Source of the DNA: Marsupella aquatica | Taxonomy: Eukaryota; Plantae; Marchantiophyta | Assembly (NCBI GenBank): GCA_973895155.1 | Contig: OZ316901.1 | Location: forward strand, 56,135 to 120,134 | Direction of reading: 5' to 3' | Length of the DNA stretch: 64,000 nt | Shown here: positions 39,683 through 52,500 of the stretch, one piece after another | Numbering within the stretch: the stretch's first letter is position 1 | Layout of the letters: each line of letters starts with the position of its first letter | Notes under the pieces: generated by a model | What the model was told of the DNA's origin: nothing | What the model saw: the letters and a program-made list of their open reading frames with translations, nothing else | Database searches by the model: none | Translations under genes and position numbers: made by a program

Positions 39683-40651
39683 ATGACATTTACGATTTTG
39701 GAAGAACTTTTGGCGCATATTTCTTTCCTTCTCTTATTCTGTGTTACCTTAATTTATTGGGGGAAATTTGTATACATAAATAATGAGAGACTTAATCTTA
39801 TAGGAAAAATAGGCATGATAATTGTTTCTTCGTTCATAACACTATTTCTTTCAATTCGATGGATTCTTTCGAAACATTTTCCTTTAAGTAATTTATATGA
39901 ATCATCAATGTTTCTTTCTTGGGGTTTAACATTGATTCATTCCATTTTGGAAAATAGAACAAAAACTAATTGGTTAGGGATAATAACCGCTCCAAGTGCG
40001 ATGTTAGCTCATGGGTTTGCTACTTTAAGTCTACCCAAGGAAATGCAACAATCCCTTCCCTTGGTCCCCGCTTTACAATCGCATTGGTTAATGATGCATG
40101 TAACTACAATGATATTAAGTTATTCTGCACTTTTATGTGGATCCTTGTTGGCAATAGCTTTATGGATTGTTACAGCAACCAAACAGAAAAAAATTTTACC
40201 AATAAAATCTTTTGCAAATTCCATTTTTTATCCATCAATTCATAAAGATCGTGGGGAAATAATCAATAATAATACTTATTATAATCCATACAAGACTTTA
40301 TATTTTATAAATTTTCGTAAATGGCAGTTAATCAATGAATTAGATAATTGGAGTTACAGAATTATTAGTTTCGGGTTTCCCCTCTTGACTATGGGTATCT
40401 TGTCCGGGGCAGTCTGGGCTAACGAAGCATGGGGTTCATATTGGAATTGGGATCCAAAAGAAACTTGGGCTTTGATAACTTGGTTAATATTCGCTACATA
40501 TTTGCATACTCGAATGATAAAAGGTTGGAGAACAAAACAATCAGCAATTATAGCTTCTTCGGGGTTTCTTATGATTCGGATTTGTTATTTAGGTGTTAAT
40601 CTATTAGGAAAGGGTTTACATAGTTATGGATGGTTACCCCAAAGTCTATAA
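39683..40651 (+). CDS. ccsA: Cytochrome c biogenesis protein CcsA
   Basis: WANEAWGSYWNWDPKETW (WWD domain). Confidence 0.98.
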   Translation: MTFTILEELLAHISFLLLFCVTLIYWGKFVYINNERLNLIGKIGMIIVSSFITLFLSIRWILSKHFPLSNLYESSMFLSWGLTLIHSILENRTKTNWLGIITAPSAMLAHGFATLSLPKEMQQSLPLVPALQSHWLMMHVTTMILSYSALLCGSLLAIALWIVTATKQKKILPIKSFANSIFYPSIHKDRGEIINNNTYYNPYKTLYFINFRKWQLINELDNWSYRIISFGFPLLTMGILSGAVWANEAWGSYWNWDPKETWALITWLIFATYLHTRMIKGWRTKQSAIIASSGFLMIRICYLGVNLLGKGLHSYGWLPQSL

Positions 40652-40683
40652 TTTTAATTGAATATATAAAAAATTTTAGCTTC

Positions 40684-40721
40684 AAGTAGTTATTATCTAT
40701 ATGTATAGATAATAACTACTT
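40684..40721. terminator. Perfect 18-bp hairpin between convergent ccsA and ndhD
   Basis: AAGTAGTTATTATCTATA-TG-TATAGATAATAACTACTT. Confidence 0.8.
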
Positions 40722-40788
40722 AAAACTAAAAGAACATCAATAAAATAGAATTTTGATTCATATATATATAAGAACCAAAGGGTGCAAA

Positions 40789-42297
40789 TCATAAATTGAG
40801 AGAAAAACTATTAGACAAAAAATAATTCGTTTTATTATCCCAAATTGATAAGACAAAATTTGGATAAATACCTAGACCCAGTATGGGAAGAAATAAGCAA
40901 AAAGAAATGAATATTTCTCGTGGTACAGCATCTTTTAAATATGTCATTGAAATTTCGGGAGATTTATATCCGTAAAACATTTGTCGCAACATAGAAAGTA
41001 AATAAATAGGAGTTAAAATTATTCCAATTCCTTGAATCGTAAGAATAATCATTTTGAAAACGAAAGAATAATTGGGATTATCAACAACACTTAGAAAAAT
41101 CATGAATTCTGCTGCAAAACCACTCGTACCAGGTAATGCTAAGGACGCGAGTGATGAACTGGTGAATAAAGCAAATATTTTCGGCATCGAAGTAGCTACT
41201 CCACCCATTTGGTTAAGAAGTAAAGTACGTGTTCTATCGTAACTCACTCCTGACAAAAAGAAGAGTGAAGCACCAATTAAACCATGCGAAATCATTTGCA
41301 AAATAGCCCCATTAAGACCTATATTTGTTAAAGATCCAATTCCTATAAGTACAAAACCCATATGAGATACTGAAGAATAAGCAATTCTTCTTTTCAAATT
41401 TCGTTGGCTCAGAGAGGTTAGAGCTCCATAAACAATTTGAATAGCTCCTATACTAACTAACCAAGGAGCAAATAGAGAATGAGCGTGGGATAGTAATTCC
41501 ATATTGATTCTAACTAAACCATATCCGCCCATTTTTAAAAGGATTCCGGCTAGGAGCATACAAGTACTATAATGTGCTTCACCATGAGTATCTGGTAACC
41601 AAGTATGAAACGGAATGATTGGGAGTTTAACAGCATATGCTATTAAAAAACTCAAATATATCATTATTTCCAATTCCAAAGGATAGTTTTTATCAATTAA
41701 TGAATAGAAGTCACAAGTCGATATATTAGATCCATAAAAAGCCATAATTAAAGCTCCGATTAAGATGAAAATGGAGCTACCAGCGGTGTATAAAATAAAT
41801 TTAGTGGCTGCGTAGAAACGCCGTTTCCCTCCCCAAACAATTAGCAATAAATAAACTGGAAGTAATTCTAATTCCCACATAAAGAAGAAAAGTGAAATAT
41901 CTTGAGAAGCAAATAATCCTATCTGTCCACTATACATCGCTAACATTAGGAAATGAAACAATCGAGGATTTCGTGTAACTGGCCAGGCAGCCAATATAGC
42001 CAAGGTAGTTATAAATCCCGTTAGTAAAATAAGTCCAATGGAAAATCCGTCAACCCCTAATCTCCAATGAAAATCCATAAAATTTATCCAATTATAATCT
42101 TCTTTTAATTGGGTATAATTATTATTAAATTGATATTGGTAACAAAAAATATAAATTATTAAAAGAAATTCTGATAGACAAACTCCCAAAGTATACCATC
42201 GAATAAGTTTATTCCCTTCGGACGAAAGGAAGGGAATAAGTAATCCTGCAGATATTGGAAAAATGACAATTATAGTTAGCCAGGGATAATGATTCAT
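40789..42297 (-). CDS. ndhD: NDH subunit 4
   Basis: [30 protein letters not shown]. Confidence 0.98.
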   Translation of the reverse strand: MNHYPWLTIIVIFPISAGLLIPFLSSEGNKLIRWYTLGVCLSEFLLIIYIFCYQYQFNNNYTQLKEDYNWINFMDFHWRLGVDGFSIGLILLTGFITTLAILAAWPVTRNPRLFHFLMLAMYSGQIGLFASQDISLFFFMWELELLPVYLLLIVWGGKRRFYAATKFILYTAGSSIFILIGALIMAFYGSNISTCDFYSLIDKNYPLELEIMIYLSFLIAYAVKLPIIPFHTWLPDTHGEAHYSTCMLLAGILLKMGGYGLVRINMELLSHAHSLFAPWLVSIGAIQIVYGALTSLSQRNLKRRIAYSSVSHMGFVLIGIGSLTNIGLNGAILQMISHGLIGASLFFLSGVSYDRTRTLLLNQMGGVATSMPKIFALFTSSSLASLALPGTSGFAAEFMIFLSVVDNPNYSFVFKMIILTIQGIGIILTPIYLLSMLRQMFYGYKSPEISMTYLKDAVPREIFISFCLFLPILGLGIYPNFVLSIWDNKTNYFLSNSFSLNL

Positions 42298-42420
42298 AGT
42301 AAGGTAGATAGAAAAAATTTTTGTAATAGGGACCTATTTGAAATATTTATAGGTAGGTCCCTATCACAAAAAAATACGAAGTATTTCATTTAATAACATA
42401 TTTTCTTTAATAACGTAAAA

Positions 42421-42681
<261 letters not shown>

Positions 42682-42826
42682 CTATTGGAATATATATGAA
42701 TGACCTTAAATTAAATAAAATGAAATAGAAGTATTTTTTGTACAAAAAGGACTTCCTATCTATTGAGGATCCAAAGGATTAGTGATCACAATTAAAGATT
42801 CATGGATATTAATTGTAATGAAATCA

Positions 42827-43129
42827 TTACCATTTTAGCAAATCGAATTGATCAATGCGAGTGGATTTCCTATTACGATAAATAGCTAAAACAATGGCTA
42901 AACCGATGGTTGCTTCGGCTGCTGCAATAGATATTATAAAAATAGAGAAAATTTCTCCTTTTATTTGCGAATTATCCATAAAATTGGAAAAAGTCACTAG
43001 ATTTATATTAACGGCGTTAAGAACTAACTCTAAGCACATAAGTGCTCTAACCATATTTCTACTTGTAATTAATCCGAAGATACCGATACAAAATATAAAA
43101 GCACTTAAATTGAGAATATGTTCGAGCAT
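42827..43129 (-). CDS. ndhE: NDH subunit 4L
   Basis: [12 protein letters not shown]...[11 protein letters not shown]. Confidence 0.98.
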   Translation of the reverse strand: MLEHILNLSAFIFCIGIFGLITSRNMVRALMCLELVLNAVNINLVTFSNFMDNSQIKGEIFSIFIISIAAAEATIGLAIVLAIYRNRKSTRIDQFDLLKW

Positions 43130-43213
43130 AAAAACTCTTCCTTATGAAATAATTTCTTTAATATAGATAGAAGTATCATAAATTATTTATGATAATTGGA
43201 ATAATCAAAAAAA

Positions 43214-43794
43214 TTATTTTTTGTTTTGAAGAACTTTTTCCTCCACAATAGTTATTTGTTGTTCTCGGCGAGCCAAAGTAATAGCACCTATCAATGCAAT
43301 TAACAAAATTATTGACATAAGTTCGAATGGAACAATAAAATCCGTTAGTAATTCCGATCCGATACGACGAATACTATCTATCAACATTAATTTATCATTC
43401 TTTTTCGATTCAGTAACTAACTGAATTTTAGACCATGATGTATTTGAAATAGCATTACTTAATAATAGAAAAATACTAGTGCAGATGGCGAAAGTAATTC
43501 CGTCACCTATAGTCCAAAACAGAAAAAACTTATTATCTGATTGTTTTTTATTTATTAGCATCACCGCAAATACGATTAAAACATTTATAGCTCCAACATA
43601 AATTGAAAGTTGTGCCGCTGCGACGAAATCGGAATCTAAGAAAAGGTATAAGAGGGAGACGGAAACGAAAACAAATCCTAATAGAAAAGCGGAATAAACG
43701 ATATCATTGAGTAAAACAACGCCGAGGCTGCCCAATATAAGACTTACTTCGATAAAAAAAAAATGGTTTCAAAAAATGATTCGGGTAATTTCAT
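43214..43794 (-). CDS. ndhG: NDH subunit 6, interrupted by a 1-nt frameshift in a T10 run (43754-43763)
   Basis: ATG 43794 gives MKLPESFFETI; adding one T joins it to FFFIEVSLILGSLG... and yields 193 aa; YVGAINVLIVFAVML motif. Confidence 0.9.
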
Positions 43795-43879
43795 GGGTAT
43801 TATAATAAGGGAATCCATAAATTTCATATATTAATCCGAGGTTAAAAAGCATCCAGGATATATTAACAGGAGATAAAAC

Positions 43880-44434
43880 TTAACTTGGAGAGTTTGTCAC
43901 ATTTCTTGAATTTGGATGTGCTTCCATAACTCTTTTAGATAATGCTGTCAAATTCGGAACAATTTCGAGTGTAGAATCTTCAACTATTGATATAGGTAAC
44001 CGACCCAATGCTGTCTGATCATAATTCAATTCGTGACGATCATAAGTTGAAAGTTCATATTCTTCAGTCATCGATAAGCAATTCGTGGGACAATATTCGA
44101 CGCAGTTGCCACAAAATATACAAATTCCGAAATCAATGCTATAACTCTTTAGTTGTTTCTTCTTTAGAGTTTTTCGTAATTCCCAATCAACAACAGGTAA
44201 ATTTATGGGACATACACGTACACATACTTCGCAAGCTATACATTTATCGAATTCAAAATGGATACGGCCCCGAAATCGTTCAGATGGTATTAATTTTTCA
44301 TAAGGATATTGAATAGTCATTGGTAAACGATTCATGTGATCCAATGTAACAATAAAACCTTGACCAATGTATCTAGCAGCTTGTATAGCTTGCTGACCAT
44401 AATTAATAAATCCAGCAATTGTAGAAAAAAACAT
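43880..44434 (-). CDS. ndhI: NDH subunit I
   Basis: [25 protein letters not shown]. Confidence 0.98.
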   Translation of the reverse strand: MFFSTIAGFINYGQQAIQAARYIGQGFIVTLDHMNRLPMTIQYPYEKLIPSERFRGRIHFEFDKCIACEVCVRVCPINLPVVDWELRKTLKKKQLKSYSIDFGICIFCGNCVEYCPTNCLSMTEEYELSTYDRHELNYDQTALGRLPISIVEDSTLEIVPNLTALSKRVMEAHPNSRNVTNSPS

Positions 44435-44527
44435 GGGAAAAATCCTTATCTTTAATAAAATTTGTCATTATTTCTTGTCAATTACTTTTTTTTAAGTTCA
44501 AACTAGTATAAAAGCTATTAAAATAAT

Positions 44528-46339
44528 TTATAACAAAAGGATTTGTAAAGATGCTGTCAATAATAGATTACCTAAAGCAATTGGTAATAGAAACTTCCAA
44601 CCAAGATTTAATAGTTGATCTATCCTGATTCTGGGGAGAGTCCATCTCGTCACTATACAAATGAACAGAAATGAATACGCTTTAACTATTGTGATAATTA
44701 TTCCTAATAATATATGGGTAACGTCCATAATTCCATGTACAACGGGATTCCATTCTACATTAATTGAATTCAAAAAAAATGGTATGGGAAAATACCAGCC
44801 TCCTAAATAAAGAATTGTTACGAATAGAGAGGAAACCAATAGATTCAAATAAGAAGCGAGATAAGATAATGCAAATTTGATGCCTGAGTATTCCGTTTGA
44901 TATCCTGCAATTAATTCTTCTTCTGCTTCCGGTAAATCAAATGGTAATCTTTCACATTCTGCTAAGGAAGAAATGCAAAAAACTACAAAACCAATCGGTT
45001 GACGCCACAAATTCCAACTAAAAAAGCCATAGTTAGACTGTTCCTCAACTATATCAACTGTACTTAAACTATTTGACAATTATAGTCGATACTATCATCA
45101 CTGTTAATATCTCTATTTCAAAACCGTACGTGAAATTTTTCATTTCATACGGCTCCTCAGTGGCTGTTAAGATATAAATATAGATACATATTAATATTTA
45201 GTTACCAACGAGATTCTGTCTGCCACACGAGCTTTTGAATCTATCTCAACTTTTACAGATTTTTACCGGCGCCAACCCAAACTCATGAAAATAATTATAC
45301 TATTCCGAAAATTATTATCATTTTGCTTCTATATGGGAACTGCAAAAAAATTACTTCGTTCCGGATAATCATTCTTGGAATAGATAGGAATATATGCTTA
45401 GGTAGGGTTTTAAGGAGGTACTGCTAAAGCATCTCTACTAATGTAAAGTCCTTTTTATTATTATTTACATCTTTGACATATTTTTATACTGACCTTTCCA
45501 CGCATTTCGTTTTTTCTCATCCGCTACTCTTGCTTAATCAAATTTTTTGATTTTTTCCGCTATTAGGTATTATTGACGGCTAATCTGTCACCTAGGAATG
45601 TACATTGAAATTGTACGAAGCTTTCACTCCCGTACAAAGAGGATGGGATTTGATTTTCCACTGCAAATAATGAAAATTCACTGTTTAATTTCACCCATAT
45701 GACTATCCAGTTCTGATTAGATATTAAAACGAGAATTACAAATTAGTTTTTTGAAAAATTAGGTATCTCTGTACGAGTCACACGTAGAGCTACAGATAAA
45801 ACACTTAAAGCTAGAGGAATTTCATAACTAATAGATTGAGCAGCTGCCCGTAAACCACCTAAAAAAGAATACTTATTATTTGATCCATATCCAGCCATGA
45901 GCAGACCCAGAGGAACGACACTAGAAACTGCGATCCAGAAAAAAACACCTATACTCAAATTGGATAAAATAACATTGTATTCAAAAGGAATAACTAAATA
46001 ACTTAAAAAAACTGGTACAATAACTAATACAGGACCAATATTGAATAAGCTATAATCTCCTTGTGATGGAATAATATTTTCTTTCAGAAACAGTTTTACA
46101 CCATCTGCTAAAGCTTGAATAATTCCCAGAGGACCAGCATACTCTGGTCCTATACGTTGTTGTATCCCCGCAGATATTTTTCTTTCAAGCCATACAATAA
46201 CTAATACTCCTATAGTGACTCCCAATATAAGAATAAGAATGAAAATGAAAATTCGTATAAAGTAGAAAAATTCTCCGTAAAATGCGAATGTAGGAAAATT
46301 TTGGGTAATTTGTTTTTCCAAATTTATATTTAGCATCAT
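44528..46339 (-). CDS. ndhA: NDH subunit 1; exons 46339-45784 and 45078-44528, group II intron
   Basis: GCTCTAC|GTGTG ... AT|TGTCAAAT; domain V GAGCCGTATGA; 368 aa. Confidence 0.95.
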
Positions 46340-46340
46340 T

Positions 46341-47519
46341 TTAACGATCAACCTCTCCCATAATGATATCTATACTCCCTAAAATTGTCATAATATCTGC
46401 CAATTTCATTCCTTTAACTAATTGGGAAAGAATTTGTAAATTTATAAAACCGGGTGGTCTAATTTTAAATCTCCAAGGAAATACACTATCATCTCCGATC
46501 AAAAAAACTCCTAACTCTCCTTTGGGCGCTTCTACTCTTACATAATGTTCCTGTTTTGGTAACTTGAAAGTGGGCGAAGGTTTTTTACTGATAAATTGAT
46601 ATTCAAATGAGTTCCATTCGGAACTTCTTTGTTTATTTAGTCGTCTAGCCTCCAAATTTTCGTAGGGTCCTCCCGGAATAGCTTTTAAAGCTTGTTGAAT
46701 TATTTTAGTAGATTCTTTCATTTCGCCAATTCTTACTAAATAACGAGCTAGTGAATCTCCCTCTGTTTGCCATTGAGTTTGCCAATCTAATTCATCATAA
46801 CATTCGTAATGATCTACTTTCCGAAGATCCCATTGAATTCCTGAAGCTCGTAACATAGGTCCTGATAAACCCCAATTTATAGCTTCATCTCCGTTGATAA
46901 TACCTACACCTTCTACCCGTTCCAAAAAAATTGGATTATTCGTTATAAGTTTTTCATACTCATTAATTTTTGGTAGAAAATAATCACAGAAATCTAAACA
47001 CTTGTCAATCCATCCATATGGTAAATCTGCGGCTACCCCACCAATGCGAAAGAAATTATGCATCATTCGCATACCAGTAGCAGTTTCAAATAAATCGTAT
47101 ATCATCTCTCTTTCTCTAAAAATATAGAAAAAGGGCGTTTGTGCACCAATATCAGCCATAAAAGGACCTAACCATAATAAATGAGATGCAATGCGACTTA
47201 GCTCTAACATAATAACTCGGATATAGCTTGCTCTTTTAGGTACTTGAATATTAGTCAATTTTTCCGGACCATTAACCGTAATAGCTTCTGTAAACATCGT
47301 AGCTAAATAATCCCATCTTGTTACGTGAGGAAGATATTGGATAATTGTTCGATTTTCTGCTATCTTTTCCATCCCCCGATGTAAATAACCCAATACGGGT
47401 TCACAGTCAGAAACGTTTTCTCCTTCGAGGGTAACAATGAGTCGTAAAACTCCATGCATTGATGGATGATGGGGACCCATACTTACTATCATTGGTCTTT
47501 TTTTCCCAGTAAGTGTCAT
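46341..47519 (-). CDS. ndhH: NDH subunit 7
   Basis: [14 protein letters not shown]...[10 protein letters not shown]. Confidence 0.98.
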   Translation of the reverse strand: MTLTGKKRPMIVSMGPHHPSMHGVLRLIVTLEGENVSDCEPVLGYLHRGMEKIAENRTIIQYLPHVTRWDYLATMFTEAITVNGPEKLTNIQVPKRASYIRVIMLELSRIASHLLWLGPFMADIGAQTPFFYIFREREMIYDLFETATGMRMMHNFFRIGGVAADLPYGWIDKCLDFCDYFLPKINEYEKLITNNPIFLERVEGVGIINGDEAINWGLSGPMLRASGIQWDLRKVDHYECYDELDWQTQWQTEGDSLARYLVRIGEMKESTKIIQQALKAIPGGPYENLEARRLNKQRSSEWNSFEYQFISKKPSPTFKLPKQEHYVRVEAPKGELGVFLIGDDSVFPWRFKIRPPGFINLQILSQLVKGMKLADIMTILGSIDIIMGEVDR

Positions 47520-47563
47520 GATTTTTAATTTTACCTTTAATCAATTAAATTATTAATTAATAG

Positions 47564-47830
47564 TCAATTTTTCTTTAATCTACGAATTCCCAATTCGCTA
47601 GTTAAATCTTGATAACTTGTTAAATCTGTTTTAAATAAATACGCTAGAAGACGTTTACGTTTACCCAATATTTTCCACAAACCCCTTTGAGATGAATAAT
47701 CTTTGCCGTGTGTTCTGAAATGATACGTAAGTTTTACGACGCGACTAGTCAAACGAAATATTTGGGATTCAATCGATCCTTCCCTTTTTTTTGAAATGGA
47801 AGACAAATACATAAATGATTTTCTTTGCAT
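47564..47830 (-). CDS. rps15: Ribosomal protein S15
   Basis: GSIESQIFRLT.RV.KLT.H...DYSSQRGL.KILGKRKRLL.YL. Confidence 0.95.
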   Translation of the reverse strand: MQRKSFMYLSSISKKREGSIESQIFRLTSRVVKLTYHFRTHGKDYSSQRGLWKILGKRKRLLAYLFKTDLTSYQDLTSELGIRRLKKN

Positions 47831-47859
47831 AAAATTATTCTCTTTGCATAAAATGATTC
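47822..47859. repeat. 19-bp tandem duplication spanning the rps15 start codon
   Basis: TCTTTGCATAAAATTATTC / TCTTTGCATAAAATGATTC (one mismatch). Confidence 0.9.
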
Positions 47860-48039
47860 TCCTGGAATAAAGAGGGAGTAAAAAGGTTCATAATTGAAAA
47901 CTGAGGTTTAGGATAGAAAAATATAATGATGGTAATGATAGTGAAATATAAAATAACGATATGCTCCAAAATAAACTTATGAATTTTATCTTTGAAGTGT
48001 ATTACGTATTTACACTTAACTAAGAAATTGTAATAATAC

Positions 48040-49470
48040 TTATATTATGGGATACATGCGAAATCTCAACATAGAAAATCGACTTCCATTCATTGTACCA
48101 AACCAAAATCGATTCATACAAGCTAAATCTTCGAATCGATAACTGGACCAAATAAAACGTTTTATTATTTTATTGTTATTTATCACAACTTTTCGTTTTC
48201 GTTTATGTATTTTGCTTAATATATCCTCAGTTGATTCCACATTCTCTTTCTGTCGTAAGGCTAACGAATTCAATATCCTTAATTCTTTACGACGTTTCGG
48301 AAGTAGAAGATCTTCCAAACTGAATAAATTAGGTAAAACTATATCTTTTTTGTAATTCCCAAATATATCTATATCAAAAGAGGAGTATTCATTTACATTT
48401 TCCAAATTTGATATTTTTCTTAATCGTTGCTTGAAATTCAATGAAGTATTTATTAATTTGTATATCAAAATTTGATCATCCAATAAGCGAGGTAAACGAT
48501 GTTCCGAATTAATCGCTAATTGATTGAAATTATTATTTCGACGAAAAAAAAGACGAAACAAATCCAAATCTTTTCTCATTTTTCTCGAGAGAGAAATCAT
48601 TGTTTCTTGATTCTGCATAAAAGTCATGAGAGATGCCATACTCCCTAATTTTCCAAATTTTTTTTCATAATTCCTGGATTTCCATCTCCATTGACGAATA
48701 GATTGATTTACTTCTCTCTCTATAAGCAGTTCCTTATTCCGAAATATTTTTAAATTTTTGTGTCTAACAACGAAAGTATTTAAATCCAATAGCTTTTTGT
48801 ATTTATATTTATTTCTACGTTCGATGAATTCGGGTATAAACCATAATAAAAGATTATATTTGAAGAAAATATTTTTCTCATTTATCAGAAAATCCATACA
48901 AATTCTATTTTTATCAAAAATCAAGGGATATTTTCGTATTTGACTCATAATAATATTATTATGTTCAAATTTTCCATCTGATTGTAAAAAATTGTTTGTT
49001 ATCGGATTCTTATTTGAATCAAAAAAATAATAAGTTAAAAGATTTTGTTTCAATAATTTATTACTCTTTTTTGTTCGTTCCACCAAAAGATTTACACTAA
49101 ATAGAGGCGAATCATCGGTTTGTTCTGAAAAATTTAGTTTTTTTTCCTCGATATTAAAATTAAAATTTTCATTATATTTCCAATGCTCACTAACCCTAAA
49201 ACGCCATTTATCAGGCGCGATACTATACCACATCTTCGGAGGTAAATTGTATCGATTAAATTGCTTTATCCATTCGTTCCAATTCTTTTCCGTAAAACTG
49301 GATAGTTCCAAATAACTTAGTAATCCTTGTTTCCGTAAGAAAATTTTGAAATTATTCCTAATAAATAAATGGAATGTCCAAGATTTCGATAAAAATTTTA
49401 AATAAGATTTATTATTTGTTTTTATTCCCCATATTTTTCTAAGTACATATACTTGAGATATTAATATCAT
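48040..49470 (-). CDS. ycf1: Ycf1 C-terminal part (476 aa)
   Basis: Terminal YRFEDLACMNRFWFGTMNGSRFSMLRFRMYP is the Ycf1 C-terminus. Confidence 0.9.
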   Translation of the reverse strand: MILISQVYVLRKIWGIKTNNKSYLKFLSKSWTFHLFIRNNFKIFLRKQGLLSYLELSSFTEKNWNEWIKQFNRYNLPPKMWYSIAPDKWRFRVSEHWKYNENFNFNIEEKKLNFSEQTDDSPLFSVNLLVERTKKSNKLLKQNLLTYYFFDSNKNPITNNFLQSDGKFEHNNIIMSQIRKYPLIFDKNRICMDFLINEKNIFFKYNLLLWFIPEFIERRNKYKYKKLLDLNTFVVRHKNLKIFRNKELLIEREVNQSIRQWRWKSRNYEKKFGKLGSMASLMTFMQNQETMISLSRKMRKDLDLFRLFFRRNNNFNQLAINSEHRLPRLLDDQILIYKLINTSLNFKQRLRKISNLENVNEYSSFDIDIFGNYKKDIVLPNLFSLEDLLLPKRRKELRILNSLALRQKENVESTEDILSKIHKRKRKVVINNNKIIKRFIWSSYRFEDLACMNRFWFGTMNGSRFSMLRFRMYPII

Positions 49471-49544
49471 TATTTAGTTAGGATTGACGTAAATTTTTTT
49501 CACTAGTTTATTTTATTATTACCAATTAAAGATCTAGTTTTATC

Positions 49545-52500
49545 TCAATTCTCAATTAGATTTCTAATCCATTCTTTCATAATCTCCATTTTCATTATAG
49601 AATTCATTTTAATTTTTTTTATATTTATTTCCAAAATATAAAACCATCTCTTTATTAATTCAATATCTCTTGCATAAAATAGACTAATGATTTGTTTTAT
49701 TCGAATCAATTGCTTTACTGGTTCCATCTTCCGGATCTTTACATCCAGAAAATAATTTTTTTCTGAATTAGCGCTGAAATATAGTTGCGTTTTATTCTTT
49801 TCCAGAAGCAAATCTTCCAAATTTTTTATATAAATGAATTTTTCATATTCGGACTTTTCTGGTATTCCCATAACCAGATTATGGCCTTCATCTGATACTG
49901 TGTACACACTATGAGCATGTTCTTGATATTTCCCACTCGGATCCAAATCTAATTCAAAATTTTTTTCCGTTTCAATATCGTTTTTCCCTGAACGAATATT
50001 GTCAGACATTGTGGATTCTCTCTTATTAATTTGCATTAAGAATCTACGAAATATATTTCTTTTCCATCCCCTCCTAAATTCTGTAGCTATCGGTTTCCAA
50101 AATGAAGGTTGTTTTTTCATATTACCAAATGGTAAATCAGTAAGAAAACCCCAAGCAGTTAAATAACAATAGTGGAATTTCTGTTTTCCCAGAACGTTAG
50201 AAGAGAATTCGTTGTTTTTGTCCGAATTTATATTTCCAAATTCGGAATTATGCCAAGGTTTCAAACGAAAAGGGTATAGTATTTTTATTTGTAGACCATC
50301 TCGTAGCCATTGTTCCGGTAATTCCTTTTCCGAAACTTCAGTACCGTCATAAGTACATCTTATATGAAGTTCCTTATTCCATTCGTACCAATCCTCGTTC
50401 CATTCAGTATTTTGGAACAAAAACAGACGACTCATATTTTTTAATATTATTGATAAAGGAAGTACCGAATATTTTCTAACATGTGATTGTATGATCAGTA
50501 ACCAACTTCTCCCCCATTGAGCCAATGGAAAATCCCATCGATTTGCTATGGCAAGACGATCCGCTTTTGTTTTTTCAGAGACTAAAACTTTCCGTTTTGA
50601 GAGTTTTTCCTTCTTCTTTATTAAAATATTTCTAAATATTGGTCGTTCTGAACCGTAATTATTTCGTTCATCGGAATAGCTTATAAGAAAAGTGGGCTTC
50701 TCGAGTATTCGTAGAAAAAAAGGGGAATTTATTCCAAGTTGGAACATTTTCCATATTAAAGCTTTACGTCTCCTAGCACGCATGGAACCTTTTATTAATT
50801 TTCTGCGAAAATCGGATTGTTGCGAGAAACGTCTTATAATTTTCCTTCTTTTATCTCTTCCTTTTATTAAATATCCGAGATTTTTAACTTTTCTCTGACG
50901 AATATCAGTTACTCCAATAGCTATTACATCGAATTTATCATTTTTTAGGTCAGGTGTCCATCGAGGTACCTCTTTATTAAAATCTCGGAATAAAATTTTT
51001 TTCTCAATTCGTGAAGAAAAATGCTTTATTCGAGTTATATCACCTAAAAAGAAATTTTTCCAATAATTTTTGAGTGTATTCCATCGATCTGTTTCCAAAT
51101 AATTGAAATATAAATTTTTTTGTCGAGGCGATAAGTTCAAGACGAATTCCCAATTGAGATTAGATTTTCGATTAACCTTTTTTCTCATGTTCCCAATTCC
51201 GATATTACTTTTTTCACTTGATTCTATTTTTATATCGTTATCTAAGAAATTCTTTTGTTTTGAGTTTCGTTCAAAATTGATTTTTTTTGATTTACCAATG
51301 AGCAAACCCAAAATACGTCGAGCATCTCGGGTTAATGGTTCCCAGGGTAATGCAAAATTTCTATATTCCAACTCTTTCCATTGTTTAGAAATCCAATCCT
51401 TAAGTTTATTGTTTTTTTCCAGAAAAAAAGGATGTTTTTGTGTTTTTGCCAATTTATCATATTTATTGATGATAAGCAGAGGTGATTTTGCCAGTACAAT
51501 TGTTTCATGTCCTTGTGTTAGTATAGGGTCATAACATTTACCAAAAATCTTTTCCCTATAACTTGATAATCCTGTTTTTTTATCGATCGCGTCTGTCAGA
51601 ATGGATCCATTATATAAGGATTTTACTCTGTACTGAAATTCGTTATATAAAAATTTCCTTCTTTTTTTCTTAGTTTCGATCCACTCTTTCAAAAAATTAC
51701 TAGATATTGAAAATTCAAAATCATTCCAATAGTGTCCAAAATTTTTTTCGAAAAGTGCTGCGCTAGGTAAATATGTAAAAGATAGCCTCGGTCTTCCATC
51801 ACTTAAACAGGAATTGAAAAAATATTGAGATACTCTCTTTTTTACAGGACTTTGGGTACTAAATCGGCTATTTTCAATATATCTCAACGGTCTCTTCCAT
51901 TGTCGGTAATCAAAAAAGAGACTAGGCCATGATTTCTGTGAAAATAATGAGTCTTCTTGTCCAGAGAAATTCTGTTGAAAGTTATCAATTATTTTTTTCG
52001 TAATAAGAGGAACTGGAATTCGCCCAAGATGTAACAGGGAAAAACTCAATATGGTAATGCTAAAAATTCGATGAATTACTCGTTTTACTAAAAGATAAAG
52101 TATGGGTGAATCAGATTCGATACGAAATAATAGTATTTTACTAGAATGAAAAAATAAATATTGACCACTAAACCAGCCTAAGAGAGTGCTTATTACGAAT
52201 AGTAAATTACTACTGTAACGGAAAAATAAAATATTGAATAATCTTGCTAATACCGGGCTTGGTAAAAGAATCGGATTTATTAACTGAAAAATCATACTAT
52301 CGATAAATAAATTATACACTCTCGAATCTCGAAGTGATATTATCGGTCTCAAGCATTGGTAATTCAAAAGATCTTTGATTCTATACCAATAGGAAAAAAT
52401 ATAATATAGAGATAGCAAACTCAATATATGGGGTTTTATCAAAATTGTGTAGAGAGGGGAATGATAAATCGATAAAAATATTATTAATTGTCCCGTTATT

